Notes: generated by a model not told the origin, from the sequence alone. A stretch of DNA of 64,000 nt from an uncultured Elusimicrobia bacterium (GCA_964561135.1 CAZLOB010000038.1:6427-70426), one strand, 5' to 3'; shown: positions 38,979 to 49,524, numbered from the stretch's first letter. A program made the numbers and translations.

Positions 38979-39215
38979 TTATTTTTTAAAAAATTTGTCT
39001 AACGAATATTGCAAATTTTCTCTTGTAATAAGATTTTCTTTAAGCCAACTGTCAATAACAGACTTTGAAAACCTGTACTGTCTACCAATTTTTGAAGCAG
39101 GAATTTTTTTTTCTCTAATAAGTTTATAAATTTTTGATTTACCAATGCCTAAATATTTTGAAAGTTCTTTTACATCCATTATTTCTTTAAATGTTGCAGA
39201 ATCATTTTGTTTCAT
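38979..39215 (-). CDS. Excisionase/MerR-superfamily helix-turn-helix (HTH_17-like) small DNA-binding protein
   Basis: VKELSKYLGIGKSKIYKLIREKKIPASKIGRQYRFSKSVIDSWL follows the HTH_17 pattern. Its stop abuts the kamA-like start (0-nt gap). Confidence 0.6.
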   Translation of the reverse strand: MKQNDSATFKEIMDVKELSKYLGIGKSKIYKLIREKKIPASKIGRQYRFSKSVIDSWLKENLITRENLQYSLDKFFKK

Positions 39216-39344
39216 AGTTTAAAAAATTTTTGATTTTATATTAGAAATTAAATTTTTATCTTTTTGTTATATTTACCAAATTTTATTTTCTTTTGTCAAT
39301 AGTTGCCAAAATTTTTTAAAAATTATTATCTTTTATACAAAAAT

Positions 39345-39992
39345 TTAGTAATATGTGTGTCTAATATATAATGGAACAAGTTGTTTATAATCTATGACTT
39401 CATATAAATTCTCATATTTGCTTAAAAACAGTTGTATAATTTGCTTTGATGAAAAGTTAAGCTTGACAAAAAGGTTTGCATTAATTTCAACAAAGTTAGG
39501 TATTATAAAAAAGTCAGCATTTTTAAAATTTATCTTGTTCTGTTTTACATATCCGTATTTTAATATTTTTTGTACCTTCTTGTTTTTTATTATATAATCA
39601 CAAAAATAAAACTCGTTTTTTACCGATGGAAACAAAATCGTTATTTTAGTAGTATCTTCAATTTCATATTTTTTAACAAATTCGTACAACAACATTGAAA
39701 ACGAAGTTGTTGTAACAATTTTTACTTTTAAATATTTTGCCAACAATTTAATGAAACTAAGTCCTATTCGTAATCCAGTAAAACTTCCAGGACCAACATT
39801 AACTGCTAATAAATTTAAATCGTCTAAAGAAAGTTTTGATTTGTTCAATATTTTATCTAAAATTTTCGTTAAATTTTCAGAATGGTCTAACGAATTTTTT
39901 GAAAAACAAAAAATCTTGCCATTTTTGTATACAGCCATTGAAAGAAGATGTGTTGAAGTATCTACTGCAAGAATTGTATTTCTAACTTTCAT
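39345..39992 (-). CDS. tsaB: tRNA t6A37 biosynthesis protein TsaB (YeaZ)
   Basis: ILAVDTSTHLLSMAVYKNGKI and VNVGPGSFTGLRIGLSFIK. Confidence 0.75.
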   Translation of the reverse strand: MKVRNTILAVDTSTHLLSMAVYKNGKIFCFSKNSLDHSENLTKILDKILNKSKLSLDDLNLLAVNVGPGSFTGLRIGLSFIKLLAKYLKVKIVTTTSFSMLLYEFVKKYEIEDTTKITILFPSVKNEFYFCDYIIKNKKVQKILKYGYVKQNKINFKNADFFIIPNFVEINANLFVKLNFSSKQIIQLFLSKYENLYEVIDYKQLVPLYIRHTYY

Positions 39993-40455
39993 TTACAATA
40001 ATTTCTCTTTTTGAAGAAGAAACTATTTTCAAGTTAATTTTAACTATTTTTGAATTTTTGATATTTCTCAACAAAGATTCTGTTTTGAAAGAAATTTTGT
40101 TCGCCCATTCAAAACAAAATACTTGGTTTCTTTTTTCCAAATCAACATTTTCTATTAGATCATAAATTATGTCTCTAACAAATTTTTTTTCAATACGGTA
40201 AAAATCAATATGAAAAAGTTTATTTTTTTTATTAATGATTTCTGTGACATACAAAAAGGTTGGACTTTTAATTTGTCTTTCATTAAAACCAAGCCCTTTT
40301 GCTATACCTTTAACAAACTCTGTTTTCCCGCTTCCTAAATTTCCGTATAATAAAAAAAATAAAACTTTGTTATTTTTAAGATAAGACTTTAAGATTTTGT
40401 TTGCAACGATATGTGTTTGTACAGTAGAAGATGTAATATAATGCATTCTATTCAA
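39982..40455 (-). CDS. tsaE: tRNA t6A37 biosynthesis ATPase TsaE (YjeE)
   Basis: LYGNLGSGKTEFVKGIAKGLG P-loop; overlaps the tsaB start by 11 nt. Confidence 0.8.
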   Translation of the reverse strand: MNRMHYITSSTVQTHIVANKILKSYLKNNKVLFFLLYGNLGSGKTEFVKGIAKGLGFNERQIKSPTFLYVTEIINKKNKLFHIDFYRIEKKFVRDIIYDLIENVDLEKRNQVFCFEWANKISFKTESLLRNIKNSKIVKINLKIVSSSKREIIVNES

Positions 40456-40699
40456 TCACTTTATATACGACATCTCCTTTGCGACAACGTTGTTCAACTT
40501 TGATCCCTACGGAATCACCTTTTTTTGCAACATCAACTTGTTTATGTTCCATCTGCATTGAATCTACTGTTTGTACAAAATCAGTTGTATGTCCTATTAT
40601 ATGAATTTTATCTCCTACTTTGAGTTCTCCTTCAAGTTTCACTGCTATAACAGAAATTTTTGCATAATAATCTTCAACTACACCTATCCTTTCTTCCAT
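40448..40699 (-). CDS. Small beta-barrel protein resembling EF-Tu domain 2
   Basis: 83 aa. VGDKIHIIGHTTDFVQTVDSMQMEHKQVDVAKKGDSVGIKV...KGDVVYKV follows the EF-Tu domain-II pattern. Confidence 0.3.
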   Translation of the reverse strand: MEERIGVVEDYYAKISVIAVKLEGELKVGDKIHIIGHTTDFVQTVDSMQMEHKQVDVAKKGDSVGIKVEQRCRKGDVVYKVIE

Positions 40700-40735
40700 A
40701 AATTTTGTTCACCTCCTTTTTAGTAGAACAATTTT

Positions 40736-41344
40736 TTAAGTAATTTTTACTAAAATATCACTTATAATATTTGCGGCTTCGTCAGCACGGTCAGCTGCGT
40801 TTGACAGATGTCTATATACTTCTCTTGTTTTTAAAATTTTTTTAATATCATCTGACTCAAACAATTTAGCAAGTGCTTCACGATATTTATGTTCAACAAA
40901 ATTTTCTGTTTTCTTTGCACGAACAATATGTTCAGCACAAACGGCCGGATGCGATTTTATACATTTTAACGCTAAAACAATTTCTTTTGCAGCATTGTTT
41001 ATTGCTTCCACCATTTCTTTCATATACTCATCTGCTTCTATTTTAAACAACATCATTTCTTCAACAGTACTTTTTGCATAATCAACAATATCGTCAATTG
41101 CACGTGATAGCGCAAAAATATCTTCTCTATCAAAAGGTGTAATAAACGCACGGTTCAAATCGTCAATAATAATACGTCTTAATTCATCTGCTTCTTCTTC
41201 AGCTTTAGCAACTTTTTTCATATTTTCATCATTTATATTATTTAAGAACTCTAACAAATACTCAGTCCCCTGTTGAACTTTTTCTGCTTGTTGTATCAGC
41301 ATACCTAAAAAATCTTTACTTTTAGGAAACAAATTTATCCCCAT
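40736..41344 (-). CDS. DUF47/PhoU-like (YkaA, TIGR00153) protein
   Basis: Start at MGINLFPKSKDF with an AAGGAGA SD 7 nt upstream. ITPFDREDIFALSRAIDDIVDYAKS is the DUF47 signature. Confidence 0.65.
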   Translation of the reverse strand: MGINLFPKSKDFLGMLIQQAEKVQQGTEYLLEFLNNINDENMKKVAKAEEEADELRRIIIDDLNRAFITPFDREDIFALSRAIDDIVDYAKSTVEEMMLFKIEADEYMKEMVEAINNAAKEIVLALKCIKSHPAVCAEHIVRAKKTENFVEHKYREALAKLFESDDIKKILKTREVYRHLSNAADRADEAANIISDILVKIT

Positions 41345-41379
41345 TTTGTTTCTCCTTTTTATCACAATACAACTTATTT

Positions 41380-42648
41380 TTATAAACTCCCAGGTTCTAC
41401 GAAACCTGCTTCTTTTATATCTAAAGATAGTTTTAGAGAACCAAACTGAATTATTTTAATGTTCTTATTTAAATTTTCCTTTGGTATATATATATAAATC
41501 TTTCTATTCGCAAAATCAATTTTTTCAATTATACCTAAACTAATAACCTCATGTGTTTCGTCTAACAATGCTACCATGACTTCGTTAAAATTGTTTTTTA
41601 TTACATTCTTAATTTTTTTAACACCATAAATTTTTTTTATTTCTTCTATTTCTTTTTGGTTTAAAAATTTTTCAGAAACAACATATAAACCTTCAACCCC
41701 TGACAGTTTTTCTATCCACAAAACATTGGATGATATTTCTTTTTGTATTTGAAGTTGTTCTCCTGTAAGAAAATACACGCGGTCTGTTTTTATATCATCA
41801 AAATTAAACATAATCTTTTCAAGTTGTGAAAAATATTTTTTATAAACAAACTCGCGTAACTTCTTTCGTTCTTCAGCAGAAGTAGGTGTTACTTTTTTTG
41901 ACACAGTAAGTTTTATAACCTTATCTTTTGGTAAGGTTGTAACTAAATGTTCAACTTCGTTTTTCCTTTGAAGAAGAACCACAGCAAAGTTTGTACCTAA
42001 AGCTCTTAAAAGTTCTATTTCTGAATTTCTTAATATCCTTCCACCATCACCTAAAACCCATCCTGGCGTATCTATAATTATAATATCAGAATTTTCAATA
42101 CCGTATTTGACCAGCTTTGTAAATCCACATAAATAATATAGAAAATGTTCTGATGGAGAATGAGAACCCACAAAATAAAGTTTTTGTGGTTCAACTTCAG
42201 TCATAAAAAGGACTGGTTTTTTAATTATCGCAACTCCTAATGTGGAAGGAGGACCTATATCTGACTGTCCTGTGTCACAGTCTAAAACTGACGGAATTAA
42301 ATTTTTTGCTAAAAGTTTGTTCACTATATACGTAGTGAGAAATGTCTTACCAGTGTCAACTTCACCAAAAATTATCATTGAATTAATTTTCTTGGATATC
42401 AAATAATCAACAACTTTATCCCAATCTTCAGGTATGGTTCTTGCTTGCAATTTCTCAACTAAATCTAAATTTTCAATTTCAAACACTGCTTCCGTATGTA
42501 CTTCAATAGGTATTCTCTTCCCTGTAGGAATAAAAATTTCTTCATTTTGAAATTTTTTACCAATTGCTTCAACCTCTCCTGAGACAATTTTTATTCTGTT
42601 TGGACCAGAAACTAAATATAGACCTTTTTGAAAAACTTCTCTCTTCAT
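41380..42648 (-). CDS. Clp1/Grc3-like P-loop NTPase (COG1341-type polynucleotide kinase-like)
   Basis: N-terminal beta domain; Walker A FGEVDTGKTFLTTYI; Walker B-like IIIIDTPGWV; C-terminal domain. The layout resembles archaeal/eukaryotic Clp1. Confidence 0.45.
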   Translation of the reverse strand: MKREVFQKGLYLVSGPNRIKIVSGEVEAIGKKFQNEEIFIPTGKRIPIEVHTEAVFEIENLDLVEKLQARTIPEDWDKVVDYLISKKINSMIIFGEVDTGKTFLTTYIVNKLLAKNLIPSVLDCDTGQSDIGPPSTLGVAIIKKPVLFMTEVEPQKLYFVGSHSPSEHFLYYLCGFTKLVKYGIENSDIIIIDTPGWVLGDGGRILRNSEIELLRALGTNFAVVLLQRKNEVEHLVTTLPKDKVIKLTVSKKVTPTSAEERKKLREFVYKKYFSQLEKIMFNFDDIKTDRVYFLTGEQLQIQKEISSNVLWIEKLSGVEGLYVVSEKFLNQKEIEEIKKIYGVKKIKNVIKNNFNEVMVALLDETHEVISLGIIEKIDFANRKIYIYIPKENLNKNIKIIQFGSLKLSLDIKEAGFVEPGSL

Positions 42649-42661
42649 TTTTTAAAACTTA

Positions 42662-43060
42662 TTATTTTTTAAACCTTAACGAAGGCAAAAGTTTATAAAG
42701 GATATCTTTTTCAATTTTATAGATTTTCTGTTTATTATTGATGCGAAGTTTTAATTTTTTACTATTAGACATAACTTTAACATTTCTCAAATATATGTTA
42801 TTTTTATCAATCTTTTCAACAACTGCTTCATAGGTGTTAATTTTATCTTTTACAATTACATGGTCTCCTTTTTTTATCTCACTAACTTCTTGTTCCTTTA
42901 TTAAATTTTCTAAACACATGTTCACAATACCAATATAAATAGGTACTTTTTTATATAAATTATAAGCTTGTTCCACGATTTCTTCAGCAGGTATCCCTTT
43001 TTTGATATAATTAACCAAAATCTCTAACATTTGTGGAAATTCAGATTCTTTATATGTCAT
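42662..43060 (-). CDS. Hypothetical protein (132 aa)
   Basis: Intact ORF, co-directional with downstream genes; no recognizable motif. Confidence 0.3.
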   Translation of the reverse strand: MTYKESEFPQMLEILVNYIKKGIPAEEIVEQAYNLYKKVPIYIGIVNMCLENLIKEQEVSEIKKGDHVIVKDKINTYEAVVEKIDKNNIYLRNVKVMSNSKKLKLRINNKQKIYKIEKDILYKLLPSLRFKK

Positions 43061-43099
43061 AACTTTTTTAAATCTTCAATGCTAAACTTAAAAATATGA

Positions 43100-43916
43100 T
43101 CCAAATCAATATTTCATACGTTCATATAAATTTTCTAATAGGAGGATATTTAATATCTCTCACTATTTGTGTTAATTTATAACATTACAGAACTATCTTT
43201 AACAAATTCCATTATTTTTTATATATTTTTATCCCATCTCCAATTCTTTTCGCAGCAAACTATATCGTATGATAAACTTCCTGTGATTCCCTTGCTTTAC
43301 TAGCATGACATATAATGGACATTCTGTATTCTTTCGCATATTCAAAAAATTTTTTAAACAAAGCAACACTATATTTTGACTCATCTCCAACTAAATCTAT
43401 CCCCTACAACACTGTCACCAAAATATTTCTCAGCAATTTTCGTTGTTTTCCAATTTTGTTTTTTCAATAATTGTGTACCTATATAGACACAAAATTATTC
43501 CAACTTTTTCAGCAAACTTTTTTCTCAGTATTTGACACCGGTAAGAACATTTCTAACAACATCTATCTTTTTCTGAAGAATTCTATTTGTTTGCAAAGTT
43601 AAAGCGAAACTTATTTCTAAATACTTAATATTTTTTCTCTGCTGCCTTTTCACAAACTTCTTAACTTACACGTTCTAACACACCTGGAAATTTTATTATA
43701 TCATAAAAAAGTCAAAAGTTTTAAGAAACTCTATAAGTGATTTACATTTTGTGATACTTGAACATATTCACGAAGTTTATCAACATAGTATGTTGGCAGT
43801 TTAAAATTATGTTTTATAGCTGACTCAAAAATCGTCTCAACTCGGGCAGAATCATCTAAATATTTATGTAGGTCAATTTTTGGTAGTAATGATATAATTT
43901 CCTTTTTTATACTCAT
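43100..43916 (-). pseudogene. add: Degraded adenosine deaminase (add) pseudogene
   Basis: Minus-strand N-terminal fragment MSIKKEIISLLPKIDLHKYLDDSARVETIFESAIKHNFKLP aligns to the ADA N-terminus (LPKxDLHxHLDGSxRxxT), but HxH has become HKY and DG has become DD. It is followed by a stop. Downstream, in other frames, remnants IDLVGDESKYSVALFKKFFEYAKEYRMSIICHAS (the GDE...HAGE block) and FAAKRIGDGIKI (RIGHG changed to RIGDG) are interrupted by stops and frameshifts. Confidence 0.5.
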
Positions 43917-44005
43917 AATAGGTGGGGGCAAAATTATACAAAATAAAAAATTAATTGTCAAGAAGAGTAAAAAAGTCAAAAGTTGAAGGTTAAAAGTTTT
44001 TTTCT

Positions 44006-44031
44006 GTAGCCGACCCTTAAGGGTCGGCTAC
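44006..44031. terminator. GC-rich perfect hairpin (11-bp stem, 4-nt loop) downstream of carB; terminator-like
   Basis: GTAGCCGACCC-TTAA-GGGTCGGCTAC. On the plus strand it is flanked by a 5' TTTTTTT run and a 3' U-rich TATAATTCTGCTATAATTCT. On the carB (minus) strand the 3' side is A-rich, so strand assignment is ambiguous. Confidence 0.35.
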
Positions 44032-44060
44032 TATAATTCTGCTATAATTCTACTATATAT

Positions 44061-47000
44061 CTACATATTTGTTTGGAACCATTTTTGTAATGGAAGGACA
44101 TCGAAATTTATCTTTTGTTTTTGCTCATTATAATTTTTTCTTAGTTCTTTAATAGATTCAACGACAGATTTTGCTGCTTCTAATGTTGTGATTACAGGAA
44201 TATTATTAACAGTAGCAGTTCTACGGATAAGGAAACCGTCTGAAAAAGATTTTCCTTTACCTGTAGGCGTGTTTATCACAAGTTGTACTTCATGGTTGGA
44301 AATTATATCAACTATATTTGGCCTTCCTTCGGAAAGTTTGTTTATTTTTTGACATTGGATACCATGTTTTGTAAAAAATTCGGCAGTACCTGAAGTAGCG
44401 ATAAGTTTAAAACCTAAATTAAAAAGTTCTTTTGCTATTTTTAAAGCTTTTGGTTTATCTTTATTATTTAAACTAAACAATATTTTACCGTTTAGTGGAA
44501 TGTTGCTGTTAGCAGCAAATTGTGATTTTGCATAGGCTAAAGGAAATGTTTTGTCAATACCCATAACTTCGCCAGTGGAACGCATCTCAGGTGATAAAAC
44601 TATATCTACATCAGCAAATTTTTGAAATGGTAAAACAACTTCTTTTACAGTGTAATATTTAAGGTTGAAAACTTTGTCTTGTGAAAAATTATATTTTTTT
44701 AATAAATCTTTAATCTTATGTCCCAACATTACTTTTGTAGCAACTTTTGCAATAGGTAATCCTACTGATTTTGAAACATAGGGCACAGTTCTTGAAGCAC
44801 GTGGGTTAACTTCTAATACATATATAACACCATCTTTGATTGCTAACTGTAAATTCATCAATCCCTTTACTTTTAACTCTTTTGATAGAACCTTTACATA
44901 TTTACATATTGTTTGTATTTGTTGACTTGTTAATGAAACTGGTGGTATCACGCACGCACTATCTCCAGAATGTACACCTGCAGCTTCAATATGTTCCATA
45001 ATACCTGCAATAAAAACTTCATCAATATCACATACTGCATCTACATCAAGTTCAATAGCTTCTTCTAAAAACCGATCAATTATTACAACATTTGAAACGT
45101 CTTTTGTTAACGAAGTTTCAAAAAGCTCTGATAAATACTCTTTTAAAGAATCTTCATCGTATATAACTTCCATTGCCCGTCCACCTAAAACATATGAAGG
45201 TCTTACAATAACAGGATATCCAATTTTTTGAACAATCATTAATGCTTCTTTATAACTTCTTGCATAACCATGTTCAGGATAAGGCAACTTAAGTTTCTTT
45301 AACACTTTTGCAAAAAGTTCTCTATCTTCAGCTAAAGCAATACTTTCAGGCTGTGTACCTAAAACTTTTACACCATAATCTTTTAATTTTTTTGATATAT
45401 TTAGTGGTGTTTGTCCTCCAAATTGTAACATGACACCTAAAAGTTTAGTTCTTGTCTTTTTAGCTATCTCTTCTTCTGTTTTATATACATTATATACATC
45501 TTCAAAAGTGATCGGTTCAAAATAAAGTTTGTCTGCTGTATCATAATCAGTTGATACTGTTTCAGGATTACAGTTAATCATAATCGCTTCATACCCTTCT
45601 TCTTTTATAGCCATAACAGCGTGAACACAACAATAATCAAATTCAATCCCTTGACCTATACGATTAGGTCCCGAACCTAAAACTATTACTTTGTCTTTAT
45701 TTTTATGATACTCTATTGATTCATTGAAGCAATGTATTAATTCTTCTTTATCAGATAAAGAATATTCTTCTCTATATAAAACACCGTCATATGTTGAATA
45801 AAAATATGGGGTATACGACTCAAACTCTGCTGCACAAGTGTCTACTACTTTATAATTCGGGAACAAATTGTTTTTTATTCTAAATTTGGCAATTCTATCT
45901 TCAGTAGTTTTAATCAAGTTTGCAATATGTCTATCTGAAAACCCAAAACTTTTTGCTTTAACTAAAACTTTAGTAAATTCTTTATTCTTTTTTTTGTTTT
46001 TTAAACTTTTAATCTCTTTTTCCAATTCGATAATTTCTTTAATTTGATATATAAACCATTTATCTATTTTTGAAAGTTCAAATATTTCTTCGGGTGTTTT
46101 ATTCAACATTAAGGCATATTTGATGTTAAAAATTCTGTCACAATTCGGGTTTCTTAATTTATATTCAATATTCTTAAGTATCTCTTGTTTTTTTTCTTCA
46201 GGTAAACTATCAAATTGTTCAATAAAATTTTCTGTATCTAAACCACTCCTTCCAATTTCTAACCCACGTAAAGCTTTCTGCAATGCTTCTTTAAATGTTC
46301 GTCCAATTGCCATTACTTCCCCAATAGATTTCATCTGTGAACCTAAAATTTGATAAGAATAGTCTTTTTTACCATCTTTTGAAACAGGCCTAAACTTTTC
46401 AAAAGCAAACTTCGGAATTTTTACAACAACATAATCTATTGTTGGTTCAAAACATGCAGGAGTTTTTTTAGTTATATCATTAGGAATTTCATCTAAAGTA
46501 TATCCAACAGCTAAAAGAGCAGCTATTTTCGCAATAGGGAAACCAGTTGCTTTTGACGCCAAAGCTGAAGATCTTGACACACGCGGATTCATCTCTATTA
46601 TAACGATCCTGCCTGTTTTAGGATTAACAGCAAACTGTATGTTTGACCCGCCAGTTTCAACTCCTACTGCACGAATACACTTAAACGCCATATCACGCAT
46701 CCTCTGATATTCTTTATCAGTTAATGTTTGTGCTGGAGCAACAGTTATTGAATCCCCTGTATGTACTCCCATTGGATCAAAATTTTCTATAGTGCAGACT
46801 ACAACACAGTTGTCTTTACAATCACGCATTACTTCAAGCTCATATTCTTTCCATCCATCAAGATATTCTTCAATAAGTATCTCTGAAATCATTGACGATT
46901 GTAACGCATTTTTTGCTGCTTCAACAAATTCTTCTTCATTAAAAACAATTTTTGAACCTGTCCCACCTAAAGTAAACGAAGGACGTATTATCAAAGGAAA

Positions 47001-47489
47001 ACCAATTTCTTTTGCAACTTTTACCGCTTCATCTAAACTATATGCGAAACCACTTTTCGGTAAATCAAGACCAGCTTTCATCATTGTTTCTTTAAACAAC
47101 TTTCTATCTTCACCACGACGTATCGCATCAACTTTTGCTCCAATAAGTTCAACATTATATTTTTCTAAAACCCCCATTTCGTAAAGTTTAACAGCTAGAT
47201 TTAAAGCTGTTTGTCCACCTAAGGTTGGTAATAACGCGTCAGGCCGTTCTTTCTCTATGATACGTTCTAAAATTTCAGGAATTAGAGGTTCAACATAAGT
47301 AGTATCAGCAAATTCAGGATCTGTCATAATTGTTGCAGGATTTGAATTGACAAGTACTACTTTGTATCCTTCCTTTTTTAAAGCTTTGATAGCCTGTGTA
47401 CCAGAATAATCAAATTCACATGCTTGCCCAATAACAATAGGGCCTGAACCAATAATAAGTATTTTTTTGATATCTTTACGTTTTGGCAT
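44061..47489 (-). CDS. carB: Carbamoyl-phosphate synthase large subunit
   Basis: 1142 aa. Duplicated ATP-grasp halves ([19 protein letters not shown]...; [19 protein letters not shown]...) and a C-terminal MGS-like domain. Confidence 0.95.
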   Translation of the reverse strand: MPKRKDIKKILIIGSGPIVIGQACEFDYSGTQAIKALKKEGYKVVLVNSNPATIMTDPEFADTTYVEPLIPEILERIIEKERPDALLPTLGGQTALNLAVKLYEMGVLEKYNVELIGAKVDAIRRGEDRKLFKETMMKAGLDLPKSGFAYSLDEAVKVAKEIGFPLIIRPSFTLGGTGSKIVFNEEEFVEAAKNALQSSMISEILIEEYLDGWKEYELEVMRDCKDNCVVVCTIENFDPMGVHTGDSITVAPAQTLTDKEYQRMRDMAFKCIRAVGVETGGSNIQFAVNPKTGRIVIIEMNPRVSRSSALASKATGFPIAKIAALLAVGYTLDEIPNDITKKTPACFEPTIDYVVVKIPKFAFEKFRPVSKDGKKDYSYQILGSQMKSIGEVMAIGRTFKEALQKALRGLEIGRSGLDTENFIEQFDSLPEEKKQEILKNIEYKLRNPNCDRIFNIKYALMLNKTPEEIFELSKIDKWFIYQIKEIIELEKEIKSLKNKKKNKEFTKVLVKAKSFGFSDRHIANLIKTTEDRIAKFRIKNNLFPNYKVVDTCAAEFESYTPYFYSTYDGVLYREEYSLSDKEELIHCFNESIEYHKNKDKVIVLGSGPNRIGQGIEFDYCCVHAVMAIKEEGYEAIMINCNPETVSTDYDTADKLYFEPITFEDVYNVYKTEEEIAKKTRTKLLGVMLQFGGQTPLNISKKLKDYGVKVLGTQPESIALAEDRELFAKVLKKLKLPYPEHGYARSYKEALMIVQKIGYPVIVRPSYVLGGRAMEVIYDEDSLKEYLSELFETSLTKDVSNVVIIDRFLEEAIELDVDAVCDIDEVFIAGIMEHIEAAGVHSGDSACVIPPVSLTSQQIQTICKYVKVLSKELKVKGLMNLQLAIKDGVIYVLEVNPRASRTVPYVSKSVGLPIAKVATKVMLGHKIKDLLKKYNFSQDKVFNLKYYTVKEVVLPFQKFADVDIVLSPEMRSTGEVMGIDKTFPLAYAKSQFAANSNIPLNGKILFSLNNKDKPKALKIAKELFNLGFKLIATSGTAEFFTKHGIQCQKINKLSEGRPNIVDIISNHEVQLVINTPTGKGKSFSDGFLIRRTATVNNIPVITTLEAAKSVVESIKELRKNYNEQKQKINFDVLPLQKWFQTNM

Positions 47490-48678
47490 TTTTGTATTTT
47501 TTGATTAATTCAACAAATTTATAAAACAAATATTTAGAATCGTTTGGTCCAGGAGCTGACTCTGGATGGTATTGTACTGCAAATATTGGTAATTTTTTAT
47601 GTTCGACTCCTTCACAAGAATAATCATTTAGATTAATATGTGTAACCCTTAAATCTTTATTACCCTTAACATAATAATTACCTTCATCCTCTTCAATTTC
47701 AACAGCAAAATTATGGTTTTGCGAAGTAATCTCAATTTTTTGCGTATCAAAATTTTTTACTGGATGGTTTATCCCATGATGACCAAATTTTAGTTTATAA
47801 GTTTTCCCACCAAAAGCTAAAGCTATCATCTGACAGCCTAAACAAATACCAAAAACAGGTAAATACTTATTGTAATTGACCATATACGAGATTAATTTTT
47901 CCAACATTTTATAAACATATGGCACACCTTCTGGATCACCGGGACCGTTTGAAAAAAATATCCCGTCCGGCATAAGATTGAGAATCTTATCCAATGAAGT
48001 ATCTGCAGGGACAACAACTAATTCACATCCTACTTTTCTTAGCCATCTTAATATGTTAAATTTACAACCACAATCTACAACCACAACTTTATATTTTTGT
48101 GTTTCATCATCAAAGTTAACAAATAAATTTTTGTTTAACGCATAGTTTATAATATCATCCTTACCTTTTTGTTTAAAAGGTTCATAAATTTCTTTACAAG
48201 TAACTTTTTTTACTAGATCTTGCCCTATGATAGGAGGAACTTTTTGAACTTTTTCATACAATTTTTTTAGATCTTTTTCTAACGAAATTATTCCTCGCAT
48301 TGACCCTTTAGTTCTAATATATTTTGTCAAAGCACGTGTATCCACACCTTCTAAACCAACGATTTTGTATTTTTTTAACAAAAATTCAATATTATGTTTT
48401 GCTTGCCAATTCGAAAAATTTTTCGAAAACTCTGATACTACAAAGGCTTCAACTTGTACCTCTACAGATTCAAAATCGTAATATGTAATACCATAATTAC
48501 CAATGTGTGGATAAGTCATAATAACAATTTGTCCTTTATATGAAGGATCTGTAAGAATTTCTTCGTATCCAACCATACCTGTATTAAAAATTACCTCGCC
48601 AGAGGCTTCTTTGGGAAAACCAAAAATTCTTCCTCTAAAATACACTCCCGTCTCTAACATTAGTACACCATCATACAT
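47476..48678 (-). CDS. carA: Carbamoyl-phosphate synthase small subunit (glutamine amidotransferase)
   Basis: GATase catalytic triad context [15 protein letters not shown] and HHGINHPV; overlaps the carB start. Confidence 0.9.
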   Translation of the reverse strand: MYDGVLMLETGVYFRGRIFGFPKEASGEVIFNTGMVGYEEILTDPSYKGQIVIMTYPHIGNYGITYYDFESVEVQVEAFVVSEFSKNFSNWQAKHNIEFLLKKYKIVGLEGVDTRALTKYIRTKGSMRGIISLEKDLKKLYEKVQKVPPIIGQDLVKKVTCKEIYEPFKQKGKDDIINYALNKNLFVNFDDETQKYKVVVVDCGCKFNILRWLRKVGCELVVVPADTSLDKILNLMPDGIFFSNGPGDPEGVPYVYKMLEKLISYMVNYNKYLPVFGICLGCQMIALAFGGKTYKLKFGHHGINHPVKNFDTQKIEITSQNHNFAVEIEEDEGNYYVKGNKDLRVTHINLNDYSCEGVEHKKLPIFAVQYHPESAPGPNDSKYLFYKFVELIKKYKNAKT

Positions 48679-48766
48679 ACTATTACTCCTCTATTGCAGA
48701 GATTAAACCTATGAAAAAAAGATGTGAAAAAACTAAACTAAAAAGGAAGGGATTTTTTTACTATCT

Positions 48767-49384
48767 TCAAATTTCTAATAATTTTTTAACTTTTTCTCTA
48801 AAAACTTTAAGATCAATAGGTTTTGCTAAATAATCCTCTGCACCTGCTGAAAAAATTTTTTGTCTGTGTTCAGGTGAATCGTATCCTGTAACAGCCAAAA
48901 TTTTTATTTCTTTAAGTTTTGGGTTATTTTTTATCTCTGTACACACTTTAAATCCGTCCACACCGGGTAAAAGAAGGTCTAAAACTATTAAATCTGGCAT
49001 GTATTCGTTAACAGTAATTCCTGCTGAAAACCCATCATATACTGATTTTACATCAATATTGTTAAAATCACTTAACGCTTCTTTAACAAAATCGTGAACA
49101 AAAGGTTCATCATCTACAACCAAGATTTTATATACGATTATTTTATCAATATTTTCTTTTATTTCCTTAATTGAATAATTTTGTGCCAACATCTCTTTTA
49201 TACGTTTTAACCTCAACAACGACTCTTTCTCATTATACAATCTAAACCCGCCTTCCATGTAATCTACCACACGTAGTAAACCTATATCTGTGTAATATTT
49301 TATTGTTGATATGGGGACGTTAGCACGTTCAGCAAGTTCTCCTATTTTTAATAAACCAAGTTGAAGACGTTTCTCTTTATTCAT
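48767..49384 (-). CDS. Unusual one-component regulator: N-terminal MerR-family HTH fused to a C-terminal receiver (REC) domain
   Basis: Start at MNKEKRLQLGLLKIGELAERANVPISTIKYYTDIGLL (MerR HTH). C-terminal REC block (ILVVDDEPFV...LIVLDLLLPGVDGF...ILAVTGYDSPEH...YLAKP) carries the conserved Asp and Lys positions. Confidence 0.6.
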   Translation of the reverse strand: MNKEKRLQLGLLKIGELAERANVPISTIKYYTDIGLLRVVDYMEGGFRLYNEKESLLRLKRIKEMLAQNYSIKEIKENIDKIIVYKILVVDDEPFVHDFVKEALSDFNNIDVKSVYDGFSAGITVNEYMPDLIVLDLLLPGVDGFKVCTEIKNNPKLKEIKILAVTGYDSPEHRQKIFSAGAEDYLAKPIDLKVFREKVKKLLEI

Positions 49385-49524
49385 TTTTAAACTTCTTACT
49401 TGTTTTTTGTAACTTTTATAAGACAATATATCAACAAACCTATAACTATACTCCAACTTATTAACATAAAAAATAATGAACTAAGTTTCATACTTTTTAT
49501 GATACAAAATCAGTCAGTATAATG

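Noticed and set aside
46792-47184. 130-aa plus-strand ORF (and 46120..46353)
   Set aside because: Antisense within carB; the Ser/Pro-rich translation has no homology.
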